Both the position numbers and the translations under genes were made by a program. Shown here piece after piece: positions 41,969 to 51,572 of a DNA stretch of 64,000 nt. Origin of the DNA: Alphaproteobacteria bacterium (GTDB taxonomy: Bacteria > Pseudomonadota > Alphaproteobacteria > SP197); the NCBI GenBank assembly GCA_965204785.1, contig OZ242015.1:899241-963240 (forward strand), given 5' to 3'. Every line of letters starts with the position of its first letter. Positions within the stretch are counted from its first letter, which is position 1. The notes under the pieces were generated by a model. The model searched no databases and was not told the origin of the DNA. It was given only the letters and a program-made list of their open reading frames with translations.

Positions 41969-43246
41969 ATGGCGAGTTCCGAAACACGTAGGGTGGTGGT
42001 TACCGGCCTTGGCATGGTAACACCGCTCGCCGATGGCGTTGAACACAACTGGTCGCGCATCACGGCTGGCGATTCTGGTCTGCGCGCGATCGACAATTTC
42101 TCCGTCGAGGACATTCCGGCAAAGGTCGCCGGGCAGGTTCCCACCGGCGAAGAAGAAGGCGCGTTCAACGTCGAGTGGTATCTCTCGCCCAAGGAAGCCC
42201 GCAAGATGGACGATTTTATCGTCTTTGCGGTGGCCGCAGCCCAGCAGGCGGTCGAGGATGCCGGCTGGATGCCCGAAGACGAGGAGTCCCGGGAACGCAC
42301 CGGCGTCATGATCGGCTCGGGCATTGGCGGTCTCAAAACCATCGAGGAAGCCTCGATCCTGATGCGCGACCGGGGTTCCCGTCGTGTCAGCCCGTTTTTC
42401 ATTCCTTCCGCGCTGATCAACCTGGGCTCCGGTCATGTTTCGATCCGCTACGGCTTCAAGGGTCCGAACCATGCGGTGGTGACGGCCTGTTCAACCGGAG
42501 CGCACGCCATCGGTGATGCCTCGCGGCTGATCCGTTTCGGCGATGCCGATGTCATGGTCGCTGGCGGCGCCGAAGCGGCCGTCTGTCCGCTGGGCCTGGC
42601 CGGTTTCGCCGCCGCCCGTGCCCTTTCCACCGGCTACAACGATGAACCCGCGCGCGCCTCGCGCCCCTGGGACCGTGGCCGTGACGGGTTCGTCATGGGC
42701 GAGGGAGCGGGCATCGTCGTACTTGAGGAATACGAGCACGCCAAGAAGCGCGGCGCCAAGATCTATGCAGAAATCGTGGGTTACGGCCTTTCGGGCGATG
42801 CCCACCACATCACCGCGCCGGCCGCCGACGGCAACGGCGGCTTCCGTTCCATGCGCGCGGCCATGAACAACGCAGGGCTGGAGCCTGGCGACATCGATTA
42901 CGTCAACGCGCACGGCACGTCGACGCCGCTGGGCGATGAGATCGAGTTCGGTGCGGTCAAGCGCCTGTTCGGCAGTGCGGCAGGCTCGATCAGCATGTCC
43001 TCGACCAAGTCGTCGATCGGGCATTTGCTGGGTGCCGCGGGCAGTGTCGAGGCGATCTATTCCATTCTGGCCGTCAACAACGACCTCGTGCCGCCCACGC
43101 TCAATCTGGACGATCCGTCGGATGGCTGCAACGGCATCGATCTCGTGCCGCACAAGGCCAAGAAACGCACGGTCAACGCCGCGCTTTCCAATTCCTTCGG
43201 CTTCGGCGGCACCAACGCCTCCCTGATTTTCGCCAAGGTGGCCTGA
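41969..43246 (+). CDS. fabF: 3-oxoacyl-ACP synthase II FabF
   Basis: …RRVVVTGLGMVTPL…; active-site Cys/His/His context. Confidence 0.95.
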   Translation: MASSETRRVVVTGLGMVTPLADGVEHNWSRITAGDSGLRAIDNFSVEDIPAKVAGQVPTGEEEGAFNVEWYLSPKEARKMDDFIVFAVAAAQQAVEDAGWMPEDEESRERTGVMIGSGIGGLKTIEEASILMRDRGSRRVSPFFIPSALINLGSGHVSIRYGFKGPNHAVVTACSTGAHAIGDASRLIRFGDADVMVAGGAEAAVCPLGLAGFAAARALSTGYNDEPARASRPWDRGRDGFVMGEGAGIVVLEEYEHAKKRGAKIYAEIVGYGLSGDAHHITAPAADGNGGFRSMRAAMNNAGLEPGDIDYVNAHGTSTPLGDEIEFGAVKRLFGSAAGSISMSSTKSSIGHLLGAAGSVEAIYSILAVNNDLVPPTLNLDDPSDGCNGIDLVPHKAKKRTVNAALSNSFGFGGTNASLIFAKVA

Positions 43247-43254
43247 GGCCCGAC

Positions 43255-44232
43255 GTGGGCCGCGCAGCAGGATGCCTTTTCAGCCTTCTGGTCGTCGCCG
43301 TTCTCGGCGTCGCGGCGGCCATCCTGTGGTTCGACAGCGAGGTTTCCGCGCCCGGCCCCCTCGCCGAACCTGCCACGGTGATCGTGCCCCGTGGCACCAG
43401 CCTCGCCATGATCGCGACGGAACTGGAACGCCAGAACGTCATTTCCGACTCGGATCTCATGATCTGGCGCGCACGCTGGCGCGACGAGGGAAACCAGCTC
43501 AAAGCCGGCGAGTATTTGTTCGAGCCTGGCATCTTGATCGACGGGGTGATCGACCAGATGGTCGCGGGTAAGGTCGTGATCCATCGCATCACCGTGCCCG
43601 AAGGTCTCACCAGCACCGAGATCGTTGCCATCATTGATGGCACCGGTCTCCTGACCGGCGAGATCGCCAGGGTTCCGCCCGAGGGTACGCTGCTGCCCGA
43701 GACCTACCATTTCGAGCGTGACGAACCTCGTCAGGCGGTGCTTGGGCGCATGCGCGCCGCGATGGCGGGCACGCTGACTGAACTCTGGGCGGCGAAGGCT
43801 GACGATCTCCCCATCGCGACGCCCGAAGAGGCGATCATCCTGGCCTCCATCGTGGAAAAGGAAACCGGTGTCGCCTCGGAACGGGCGCATATCGCCGGCG
43901 TTTTCTACAACCGGCTCAACCGTGATATGCCGCTGCAGTCCGACCCCACGGTGATCTACGCGCTTACCAAGGGCAAGCAGCCCCTGGGCCGCGCGCTTCT
44001 GCGCACCGACTGGGAATACGACGATCCTTACAACACCTACATGTACGCCGGCCTGCCGCCCGGTCCCATCACCAATCCCGGCCGCGATGCCATCGCCGCG
44101 GTGCTCCAGCCCATGGCAACCCGCGACCTCTATTTCGTCGCTGACGGCAACGGCGGCCACGCCTTCGCCGAGACCCTCGCCCAGCATAACCGCAATGTCG
44201 AAGCCTACCGCGCCTGGCAAGACGCCCAGTAG
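43255..44232 (+). CDS. mltG: endolytic murein transglycosylase MltG (YceG)
   Basis: N-terminal TM helix plus YceG-like domain. Confidence 0.85.
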   Translation: MGRAAGCLFSLLVVAVLGVAAAILWFDSEVSAPGPLAEPATVIVPRGTSLAMIATELERQNVISDSDLMIWRARWRDEGNQLKAGEYLFEPGILIDGVIDQMVAGKVVIHRITVPEGLTSTEIVAIIDGTGLLTGEIARVPPEGTLLPETYHFERDEPRQAVLGRMRAAMAGTLTELWAAKADDLPIATPEEAIILASIVEKETGVASERAHIAGVFYNRLNRDMPLQSDPTVIYALTKGKQPLGRALLRTDWEYDDPYNTYMYAGLPPGPITNPGRDAIAAVLQPMATRDLYFVADGNGGHAFAETLAQHNRNVEAYRAWQDAQ

Positions 44233-44242
44233 ATTTCCCGCA

Positions 44243-44875
44243 TCAGTTGGCGAACAAGGCCGCCAGATCATGGAGGTTTTCGATCACGACGTCGGCTTCG
44301 TCGGCTTCCCGCCAGGATTTGTGACAGGCTCCCCAAGGGTCGCGGAGTATGAAGGTCGAAACCACCCCAGCCTGTCGTGCGGGCAGAATGTCGTTGTCGA
44401 GTCGGTCTCCGACATAAGCAATCCCCGATGGATCAAGGTCTGCGGTTTCGGCGATGGGTGTGAAGAATTCGCGCTGGGGCCTTGCGAGACCCGCGATCTC
44501 TGAAATCACAATGAACTCCAGCTTCAGGCCGGTCTCCAGGAGCGCCGCGCGGCTTTGCGCTGGTTGGTTGGCCGCGACTGCCATCCTTGCCCCGCGCTCG
44601 CGCAGCATGCGCAACGCCGGAGCGGCATCGGGGTAAAGGTCACGCGGTTCGATCCGATAGGGAACGTGCAACGCCAAGGCGGCGATGTCTGCTTCCGGCG
44701 CCAGGAGTTCGAAAACCTCATGATGGTGCAATCGCTCCTTGATGACAGCCTCGAATTCCATCAGGAAGGTGGCCCGTGAGACATCCAGAAGGTCCGTCCA
44801 GACCACCCACATGCGTGTTTCATCGACAAGGACGCCGCCGCCATCAAAGACCACCAGGTTCGAACGTGCGCTCAC
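44243..44875 (-). CDS. HAD-superfamily hydrolase
   Basis: GTG start overlapping the SDR stop (GTGA); (M)SARSNLVVFDGGGVLVDE… motif I; …AYVGDRLDNDILPARQAGV motif III; the 413-aa ORF-track entry is an artefactual upstream extension. Confidence 0.75.
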   Translation of the reverse strand: MSARSNLVVFDGGGVLVDETRMWVVWTDLLDVSRATFLMEFEAVIKERLHHHEVFELLAPEADIAALALHVPYRIEPRDLYPDAAPALRMLRERGARMAVAANQPAQSRAALLETGLKLEFIVISEIAGLARPQREFFTPIAETADLDPSGIAYVGDRLDNDILPARQAGVVSTFILRDPWGACHKSWREADEADVVIENLHDLAALFAN

Positions 44876-45648
44876 GCCTCGTCCGAAGGTTTGTTCGGCG
44901 TTTTCGCCAAGAGGGCGTCGGTCAGGGCGACGGGGAGCAGGCTGACAAGTTGCGCCAGCCAGTAGGTCTGCCAGGGAAAGGCGATGCGCGCCTTGTCGCG
45001 GCTGAGACCGCGCCGGATGATCGTCGCGGCGCGGTCGGCATCCATCAGGAACGGCATGGGATAGGGATTGCCCTCGCTCATCGGCGTCGTGACGAAACCC
45101 GGACACATCACGCTTAGCCTGACGCCGTGCCGGCGCAGCCACACGCGCTGACCCTCGCCCCACAGACGCAGGGTCGCCTTGCTGGCGCAATAGGCTGGTG
45201 CGCTGCGAAAACCGCGGAAGCTTGCCAGGGAGGACATCACGGCGATCTGACCGCGTTTGCGCTCCACCATGTTCCCCAGGACTGGAAGGATGGTGTTGAA
45301 CGCGCCGTCCACGTTGGTCGCCATGATGCGCCGGGTCTGCTCGGGGCTTTCGCCAGCAAAACGCGTGCCTGCTGAAATGCCGGCATTGGCGATCACCAGA
45401 TCCAGCCCGGACCGAGCATCGCATGCGCACACCCAAGAGGCCATGGCCTCCTGGTCGGTAACGTCGATGGCGGCGGTATGGCATGTGGCTCCGGCCCTGC
45501 CGCAGAGTTCCGCCAAAGCTTCCAGGCGTCCTTCGTCACGCCCGCCCAGATGGAGCGTGACGCCGGGGGCGGCATAGGCTTTTGCCAGGGCCGCGCCGAT
45601 GCCGCTGCTCGCGCCGGTGATCAGGATGCAACGGGGTTGTTGGTGCAT
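44872..45648 (-). CDS. SDR-family oxidoreductase
   Basis: ILITGASSGIGAALA…YCASKA…. Confidence 0.85.
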   Translation of the reverse strand: MHQQPRCILITGASSGIGAALAKAYAAPGVTLHLGGRDEGRLEALAELCGRAGATCHTAAIDVTDQEAMASWVCACDARSGLDLVIANAGISAGTRFAGESPEQTRRIMATNVDGAFNTILPVLGNMVERKRGQIAVMSSLASFRGFRSAPAYCASKATLRLWGEGQRVWLRRHGVRLSVMCPGFVTTPMSEGNPYPMPFLMDADRAATIIRRGLSRDKARIAFPWQTYWLAQLVSLLPVALTDALLAKTPNKPSDEA

Positions 45649-45763
45649 GGTGCCCAAGGTTATACAGGATTGTGTGTCCGGGGTAGGGCGCTACGGCAAA
45701 TCGTCTGCAGAAATTCCTCGGCGTTCGAATCGACTCAACCATCCGTGAAATGTGGTTCTATCC

Positions 45764-46639
45764 ATGCAGAGCATGACCGGATTTGCCCGCATCGAGGGCG
45801 CCAGCGAAGGTCTTTCCTGGGTCTGGGAAGCGTGCAGCGTCAACGGTAAGGGCCTGGATGTACGCACGCGTCTGCCGCAGGGGCTGGACCAGTTCGAACA
45901 AGTTGCACGCGAGAGTGCCAGACGCCATATGGTGCGGGGCAACATCACGGTTTCGCTCAGCCTCAACCGGGACGCCGGCCTAGCCATGGCGATCAACAGG
46001 GAGGCCTTCGATCAGGTAGTCGCGCTTGCATGGGAACTGGGCGACCAGGCGGGTGTCGCGCCACCCAGCCTCGATGGTTTATTGCGTCTGCCCGGCGTGC
46101 TTGAAAGCGGCAGCCAGAACCACGAACCGGTCGCTGAAGCAACGCAGAACGATCTCGTCGGCGGACTGGAAAACCTGATGGCCACGCTCGGCGCGCATCG
46201 CGCGGTGGAAGGTAGCCGTCTGCTGGCGGTCATGAGCCAGCTTCTTGAGGAAATCGGGAGCCAGGTCGCCGCGGCCGAGCGGAGCGCGGGTGCGCAACCC
46301 ACCCTCCTGCGCGAGCGTCTGATGGCCCAGATCGCCGACATGACCCAGGGCCAGCATCCGGTGACCGAGGAGCGTCTGGCCCAAGAGGTGACGATCCTGG
46401 CGACCCGCGCGGACGTACGCGAGGAGATCGACCGCATCAAGATCCATCTTGAAGCCCTGCGCGACCTGCTGGAGGCCGAGGACGCTCCGGGCCGCCGTCT
46501 GGGTTTCCTGTGCCAGGAACTGCTGCGCGAGGCCAACACGCTCTGTTCCAAGTCTTCGGAAACCGGCCTTACCGCTATCGGGCTCGATCTCAAGGTCGCC
46601 ATCGACCGGCTGCGTGAGCAGGCATTGAACGTGGAGTAG
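45764..46639 (+). CDS. yicC: YicC/YloC-family stress-induced protein
   Basis: MQSMTGFARIEGASEGLSWVWEACSVNGKGLDVR…. Confidence 0.85.
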   Translation: MQSMTGFARIEGASEGLSWVWEACSVNGKGLDVRTRLPQGLDQFEQVARESARRHMVRGNITVSLSLNRDAGLAMAINREAFDQVVALAWELGDQAGVAPPSLDGLLRLPGVLESGSQNHEPVAEATQNDLVGGLENLMATLGAHRAVEGSRLLAVMSQLLEEIGSQVAAAERSAGAQPTLLRERLMAQIADMTQGQHPVTEERLAQEVTILATRADVREEIDRIKIHLEALRDLLEAEDAPGRRLGFLCQELLREANTLCSKSSETGLTAIGLDLKVAIDRLREQALNVE

Positions 46640-46643
46640 GGCG

Positions 46644-47285
46644 ATGCCGCAGGTAAAGCGCCGTGGGCTGATGCTGGTTCTTTCCTCGCCTTCGGGCGCG
46701 GGCAAGACCACGATCTCGCGCCGTCTCCTGGAAGACGACGACAATCTCGAGATGTCGGTCTCCGTCACCACGCGGCCCAAACGTCCAGGTGAAGATGATG
46801 GCTGCGATTATCATTTCATCGATCAAGATCGCTTCAGGAAGATGGTCGCCGCATCGAAACTGCTGGAGCACGCGACTGTTTTCGGCAATTCCTATGGCAC
46901 GCCGCGCGGGCCGGTGGAACAGGCGTTGAGCGCCGGCCATGACATTCTTTTCGATGTCGATTGGCAGGGCGCGCAGCAACTGGGTGCGGCAATGCCCGAT
47001 GATCTCGTCTCTGTCTTCATCCTTCCGCCGTCGGCTGGCGAACTTCACAGCCGGCTGGTGCGCAGGGCTTCGGATCCCGAAGAGGTCGTGGGGCTCCGGA
47101 TGGCCAAGGCCAGCGATGAGATGAGCCATTGGGCGGAATATGACTATGTCGTGATCAACCGGGATATTGACCACAGCGTTGCCGGCATACGCGCCATTCT
47201 CCAAGCCGAGCGGCTCAAACGCGAGCGCCAGATCGGTATGGCGAGTTTTGTCAATGCCATACGCGACGAACTCGACGGCGGTTGA
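46644..47285 (+). CDS. gmk: guanylate kinase
   Basis: P-loop SSPSGAGKTT. Confidence 0.95.
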   Translation: MPQVKRRGLMLVLSSPSGAGKTTISRRLLEDDDNLEMSVSVTTRPKRPGEDDGCDYHFIDQDRFRKMVAASKLLEHATVFGNSYGTPRGPVEQALSAGHDILFDVDWQGAQQLGAAMPDDLVSVFILPPSAGELHSRLVRRASDPEEVVGLRMAKASDEMSHWAEYDYVVINRDIDHSVAGIRAILQAERLKRERQIGMASFVNAIRDELDGG

Positions 47286-47310
47286 ATTCAGGCGCGCGGA
47301 GCGCGATCGC

Positions 47311-47835
47311 TCAAGCGAGCAGGCGTCGGTTCGGCAGGCTGGGAATGGTATCGCCCCTCACCACGCCTGAAAGTCCGTCCAGCGCTTCGGGCGCCAGGGC
47401 CTTGATCTGAAGACGGTCGCGGTCTTCGCTCTCGGGCAGGGTGATGCCCCGAGGAAGGGCGGGTTCGAATCCATAACGTTGGTAAAGCGCATGATCGCCG
47501 ATCAGGACGACAATCCGATGGCCCAGCGCCTGGGCATGATCCAGGCTGTAGCGGATCAGCATGCGCGCAAAACCCCGGCCCCGGTGATCGGGGTGGGTCG
47601 CGACCGGCCCCAACTGGATCGCCCGGGCTCCCGCGCCGATCAGCACGGGCCAGTAGCGGATCGTGCCGACCAGAACGTCGTTCTCCAGGATGACCACGGA
47701 AAGACCGGGTACCGGGGACGTTCCGGCCCGTACTCTTGCCGCGGGGCTGTCGGTCAACCGGTTACCGAGTGAAAGTCTTGCGAGCTCCAGAACTGCATCC
47801 TGGTCGCTCGCCCGTTCTTCGATGATGGAAAACAA
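47311..47835 (-). CDS. GNAT family N-acetyltransferase
   Basis: …VATHPDHRGRGFARMLIRYSLDHAQALGHRIVVLIG…. Confidence 0.8.
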   Translation of the reverse strand: MFSIIEERASDQDAVLELARLSLGNRLTDSPAARVRAGTSPVPGLSVVILENDVLVGTIRYWPVLIGAGARAIQLGPVATHPDHRGRGFARMLIRYSLDHAQALGHRIVVLIGDHALYQRYGFEPALPRGITLPESEDRDRLQIKALAPEALDGLSGVVRGDTIPSLPNRRLLA

Positions 47836-48145
47836 GGGGTTCTTCTCCTAAAGGGGTGAGACGGTCGTCATCATGTCCCCTCGGTCGAGCCGTACCGGAC
47901 TCCTTCAGGTTTCGGAAATGCCACGTCCATCCCTCGCATGGGAAGGCACGCCGCGACCGAGTCTCGGTTCGCAGCGGGCATCGTCGCAGGAACCGGGTGG
48001 CAGGAAACGTCATGGTCGCTCTTGTTGCGTCGTTTCGATCACCGTGTAACGCAAAATACCATGACATGCCATATCTTTCGATGCAGCCTTGGAGTACTCT
48101 GAGAAAGTGTTCGTCGAACGCAATGAAGTCTTGGAATACTGAAAC

Positions 48146-48180
48146 AAACAGGCTGAACCACGTTTGGTTCAGCCTGTTTG
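48146..48180. terminator. bidirectional rho-independent terminator: 15-bp perfect stem, 4-nt loop, flanked by A/T runs
   Basis: aaacaggctgaacca-cgtt-tggttcagcctgttt; downstream of the minus-strand peptidoglycan-binding gene. Confidence 0.65.
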
Positions 48181-48333
48181 CAATCCTCGCCGGGCACGGG
48201 TTTCTGTCTATCTGGTCCGCGAAACGCTGCCGGCACATGCCGCGAAGAGATGCTCCGGCCTTGTTGCCTACCGATCAGTTGTCGCTGCCGATTGCGTGGA
48301 GGAACTACGCGGCCAATCCCATGATTTAGATCG

Positions 48334-49273
48334 TTAGTGTCTCCCCGGCGATAGGAGTTCTTGAGCTGGTTCAGGAGCTCTTCGTCGGGTTCGCCGTCGA
48401 CTTCCACACCGATAGCGACTTGGGAACTCCCTTGCGGCGTTGCGCGAGGCATCGCCCCAGTTACCGCCGGGGGTGCCGACATACCAGCCAAGCCGGATCA
48501 GTTCGTCTTCGATCTGCCGCACCAATTCGCCATGGTGCGCAACACCCGACGAGTCGGTCTCGGCATCCAACATCGGATCCACGCAAATGACGCAGCAGCC
48601 TCTTGCTAGGTTCGCCCATGATCTGCAGATTGGCATCCGACTGAAAGGTCAGGATGGCGGTGCGGGTGTCGTAATCCACCTCCCCGTCGACGCCGCCGAC
48701 GGCATAGCCTCGTGCTTCCAGTTCTTCCTCGATCGCCAGGATCATGTCACGGCGTTCCTGTTCGGCCATGGTATCGACACCGTGGTCGCGGATATGTGTG
48801 ACTAGGCTTTCGGTGACCTCGCTCGTCATGGGAAGTCCGTTGTCTGCCTGATAGGTGCGCACGGCGCCTCGGGTCGTTGGGCCGAAAACACCGTCTTCGG
48901 AACCAGCATTGTAGCCCAGATCGTTGAGTTCAGTCTGGACCGTGCACACGCGGGCGCGCTGATCCTCTGCGCTGTCCGTGCCTTGGACAGAGCGCAGGCG
49001 AGCCAGCAGGGCTTCGCTCACCTGACCATTGGCCGTGATACCGCTATCGGTCTGATAGGCGCGGATCGCCGACTGGATCTTAGCGTCGACCGTACCGCTG
49101 ATGACGGGAATGTCATAGCCGCGCTTGCGCAGCTCCGACTGCACGTTCGAGACCAACTCGACCGTAACCTCGCCCTCGGGACTAAGGTCGGTCTGCATCC
49201 GCTCGAATAGCGAACGGGTCAGGTCGCCTGTCGCTGCCAGATCCTGTGCTTCCGCGATCTGGCTCGACGTCAT
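48334..49273 (-). CDS. peptidoglycan-binding (PG_binding_1 repeat) protein; apparent frameshift near 48600
   Basis: Three PGB repeats in frame 48461-49273 (…LRKRGYDIPVISGTVDAKIQSAIRAYQ…), a fourth in frame 48334-48636 (…LIRLGWYVGTPGGNWGDASRNAAREF…). Confidence 0.6.
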
Positions 49274-49323
49274 ATAGGCTTCCAGGCTGTGCGGGGCGCA
49301 TCTCCGGCCCTGTCATGACCCTA

Positions 49324-49573
49324 GGCAGCCGCGATGTTGAACCATTTGTGGGCACGCACATAGTTCTGACGAACGCCCCGGCCGTCCGCAAAGAGCTGAC
49401 CCAGCATGTACTGCGATGCCGTGTCGCCATCGTTGGCCGATGCCTCGAACTCCTGATAGGCGGTGAAAATAGTTTCCGTTGGAATAGGCCGTCATTCCGG
49501 CTTCGTAGTCGGCCTAGGCTGCTGAACTCAAAACGAGACCCAACACCGTACCGGCTGCAAGTTTCTTCAACAT
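49324..49573 (-). pseudogene. small secreted Sel1-repeat protein with in-frame amber codon and homopolymer frameshift
   Basis: MLKKLAAGTVLGLVLSSAA-TAG(49514-16)-ADYEAGMTAYSNGNYF, then a 1-nt shift in the tattttc run gives TAYQEFEASANDGDTASQYMLGQLFADGRGVRQNYVRAHKWFNIAAA* (canonical Sel1 repeat). Confidence 0.5.
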
Positions 49574-49714
49574 GATGTTCCTCCTGTGCAAGCGAAGACT
49601 TCACAGGAAGTAACAGCCCATCGAAAATATCGTTCTGTCAGTGCGGTGGGCAAAACTCTGTTTCTGGAACCCGAGCAGCCTAAGTCTTGCAAAGACTTGA
49701 TCTGTATATCGTTT

Positions 49715-50575
49715 TTACATCTTCGGTCGATCCGGCCCGGCATCTTGCTGCTCAAGGGCACGCGCCAAGCTGCAGAAGCCCGCTATACCAACGTTTTCGG
49801 CGCGCAGATCAGGGCTGATCCCCGCATGCTCAAGGGCCGCCTCGGAATCCGCAAAAATCGACGAGAGGGCATTGCGCAGCGTTTTACGTCTCTGGCCGAA
49901 TGCGGCCTTGGTGATCGCGCGCACAAACTTGCGGTTTGCCGGATGCAGCGGATCCTTGCGGGGCGTGATGCGCAGCACGCTGGCCGAGACCTTCGGAGCA
50001 GGAACAAAGGCCTGCGGCGGCACGTCAAAGCAGCTTTCCACATGGCACATCCACTGCACCAGCACGCTGATGCGACCATAGCTGCGGCTTCCCGGCTGGG
50101 CGGCAATCCGGTGCGCCACCTCCTTCTGGAACATCAGTACCATCCGGTCGGCCGGCACATGGGACTCAAGCAGGCGTATCAGCACTTCGGTGGCGATGTT
50201 GAACGGCAGATTTCCTGCGACAACCGGTGGGGCGCTGGTCAATGCGGCAACGTCCGTTTGCAGGATATCGGCCTCGACCACATCCAGCCGGCCGGCCGCC
50301 GCCAAGATTAGCTCTTCCAATGCGGCGACACAGCGACGATCCTTCTCCAGCGTGGTAACGTGTTGCGCGCCAGCACGCAGCAGCGCACGAGTCAATCCCC
50401 CAGGGCCCGACCCGACTTCGATGACATGGTCGTTCCGGAGATCGCCCGCGGCGCTGGCGATGCGGTCGAGCAGATTTTCGTCAAACAGGAAATTCTGCCC
50501 CAGGTATCGGTGCGCGCGCAGACCATGGCGGTCTGCCACGACACGCAAGGGTGGAAGATTGTTGAGGTCAGACAT
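49715..50575 (-). CDS. rsmA: 16S rRNA (adenine1518/1519-N6)-dimethyltransferase RsmA/KsgA
   Basis: MSDLNNLPPLRVVADRHGLRAHRYLGQNFL…. Confidence 0.9.
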   Translation of the reverse strand: MSDLNNLPPLRVVADRHGLRAHRYLGQNFLFDENLLDRIASAAGDLRNDHVIEVGSGPGGLTRALLRAGAQHVTTLEKDRRCVAALEELILAAAGRLDVVEADILQTDVAALTSAPPVVAGNLPFNIATEVLIRLLESHVPADRMVLMFQKEVAHRIAAQPGSRSYGRISVLVQWMCHVESCFDVPPQAFVPAPKVSASVLRITPRKDPLHPANRKFVRAITKAAFGQRRKTLRNALSSIFADSEAALEHAGISPDLRAENVGIAGFCSLARALEQQDAGPDRPKM

Positions 50576-51572
50576 GCTCCAGGCGCCGCTGGGCCATTTC
50601 ACCGGCCAGCGCAATGGCGCTGATCAGGCTGGATGCCGAGGCTTTTCCGGTACCGGCAAGATCCAGCGCGGTGCCATGATCGGGCGATGTGCGCACGAAT
50701 GGCAGCCCCAACGTGGTGTTGACACCTGAATCGAAGGTCAGGGTTTTCAACGGCACCAGGGCCTGGTCATGGTACATGCACAAGGCTGCGTCATAGCGCG
50801 CACGTGCTGCTTCATGAAACATGGTGTCGGCGGGCAGGGGCCCCGCAACCTCCACGCCCGAGGCGCGTAGTTTCTCGATAGCCGGGGCAATGACGGTGCC
50901 TTCTTCGCCGCCCAGCATGCCGTTTTCTCCAGCATGCGGGTTCAGGCCGGCAACCGCCAATCTGGGCCGGGCAATGGCGAAATCACGTTTCAGCGCCTCG
51001 GTGGTCAGTGTCGCGGTCTCGACGATCAGTTCTTGGGTCAGCTCGCCTGGTACACGCGAAAGCGGGATGTGCACGGTTACGGGCACCACGCGCAGGCCGC
51101 CGCCGACCAGCATCATAACGGACCGGTGTCCGGCACCCGCCAGTTCCGCCAGAAACTCGGTGTGTCCGGGATGACCGAAGCCGTCTTCGACCAGAATGGA
51201 TTTCTGGATCGGGTTGGTAACGACGCCGCTTGCTTCGCCCGCCATAGTCCTTGCGACTGCCAAGCGGATCGAAACCAGGACGGCCCGGGCGGTCTGGACC
51301 TTGGGTTTTCCCGCTTCCGCGGCAACTTTGGTGCCGATATCGAGGACGGGCAGCGCATCCCGGAAGCAGCCGTGCGCTTCACCCGGCGATCCAATGGCCT
51401 TGATCGGAATCGCCTTTCCGATCGCCTCGCACAGTCCTTCAAGGCGTCTGGGAGCATCAATGGCAAAGAAGGGATGCCCGTCGGCATGCAGCGCATGCCA
51501 AGCCTTCAGCGTGAGTTCACCGCCGACACCGGCAGGTTCGCCCATCGTCAAGGCGAGCGGCGCAACCGTCAT
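50568..51572 (-). CDS. pdxA: 4-hydroxythreonine-4-phosphate dehydrogenase PdxA
   Basis: 334 aa PdxA fold; pdxA-rsmA synteny. Confidence 0.9.
   Translation of the reverse strand: MTVAPLALTMGEPAGVGGELTLKAWHALHADGHPFFAIDAPRRLEGLCEAIGKAIPIKAIGSPGEAHGCFRDALPVLDIGTKVAAEAGKPKVQTARAVLVSIRLAVARTMAGEASGVVTNPIQKSILVEDGFGHPGHTEFLAELAGAGHRSVMMLVGGGLRVVPVTVHIPLSRVPGELTQELIVETATLTTEALKRDFAIARPRLAVAGLNPHAGENGMLGGEEGTVIAPAIEKLRASGVEVAGPLPADTMFHEAARARYDAALCMYHDQALVPLKTLTFDSGVNTTLGLPFVRTSPDHGTALDLAGTGKASASSLISAIALAGEMAQRRLEHV

Noticed and set aside
41552-42472. 306-aa ORF antisense to acpP-fabF
   Set aside because: Antisense to two highly conserved genes; no domain signal
44243-45484. 413-aa minus-strand ORF from the ORF track
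   Set aside because: Only its last ~210 codons (HAD hydrolase, GTG start at 44875) make sense; the upstream part is an antisense or off-frame read through the SDR gene
47395-47412. gggttcgaatcc motif
   Set aside because: Lies inside the GNAT coding sequence and lacks complementary stems, so it is not a tRNA
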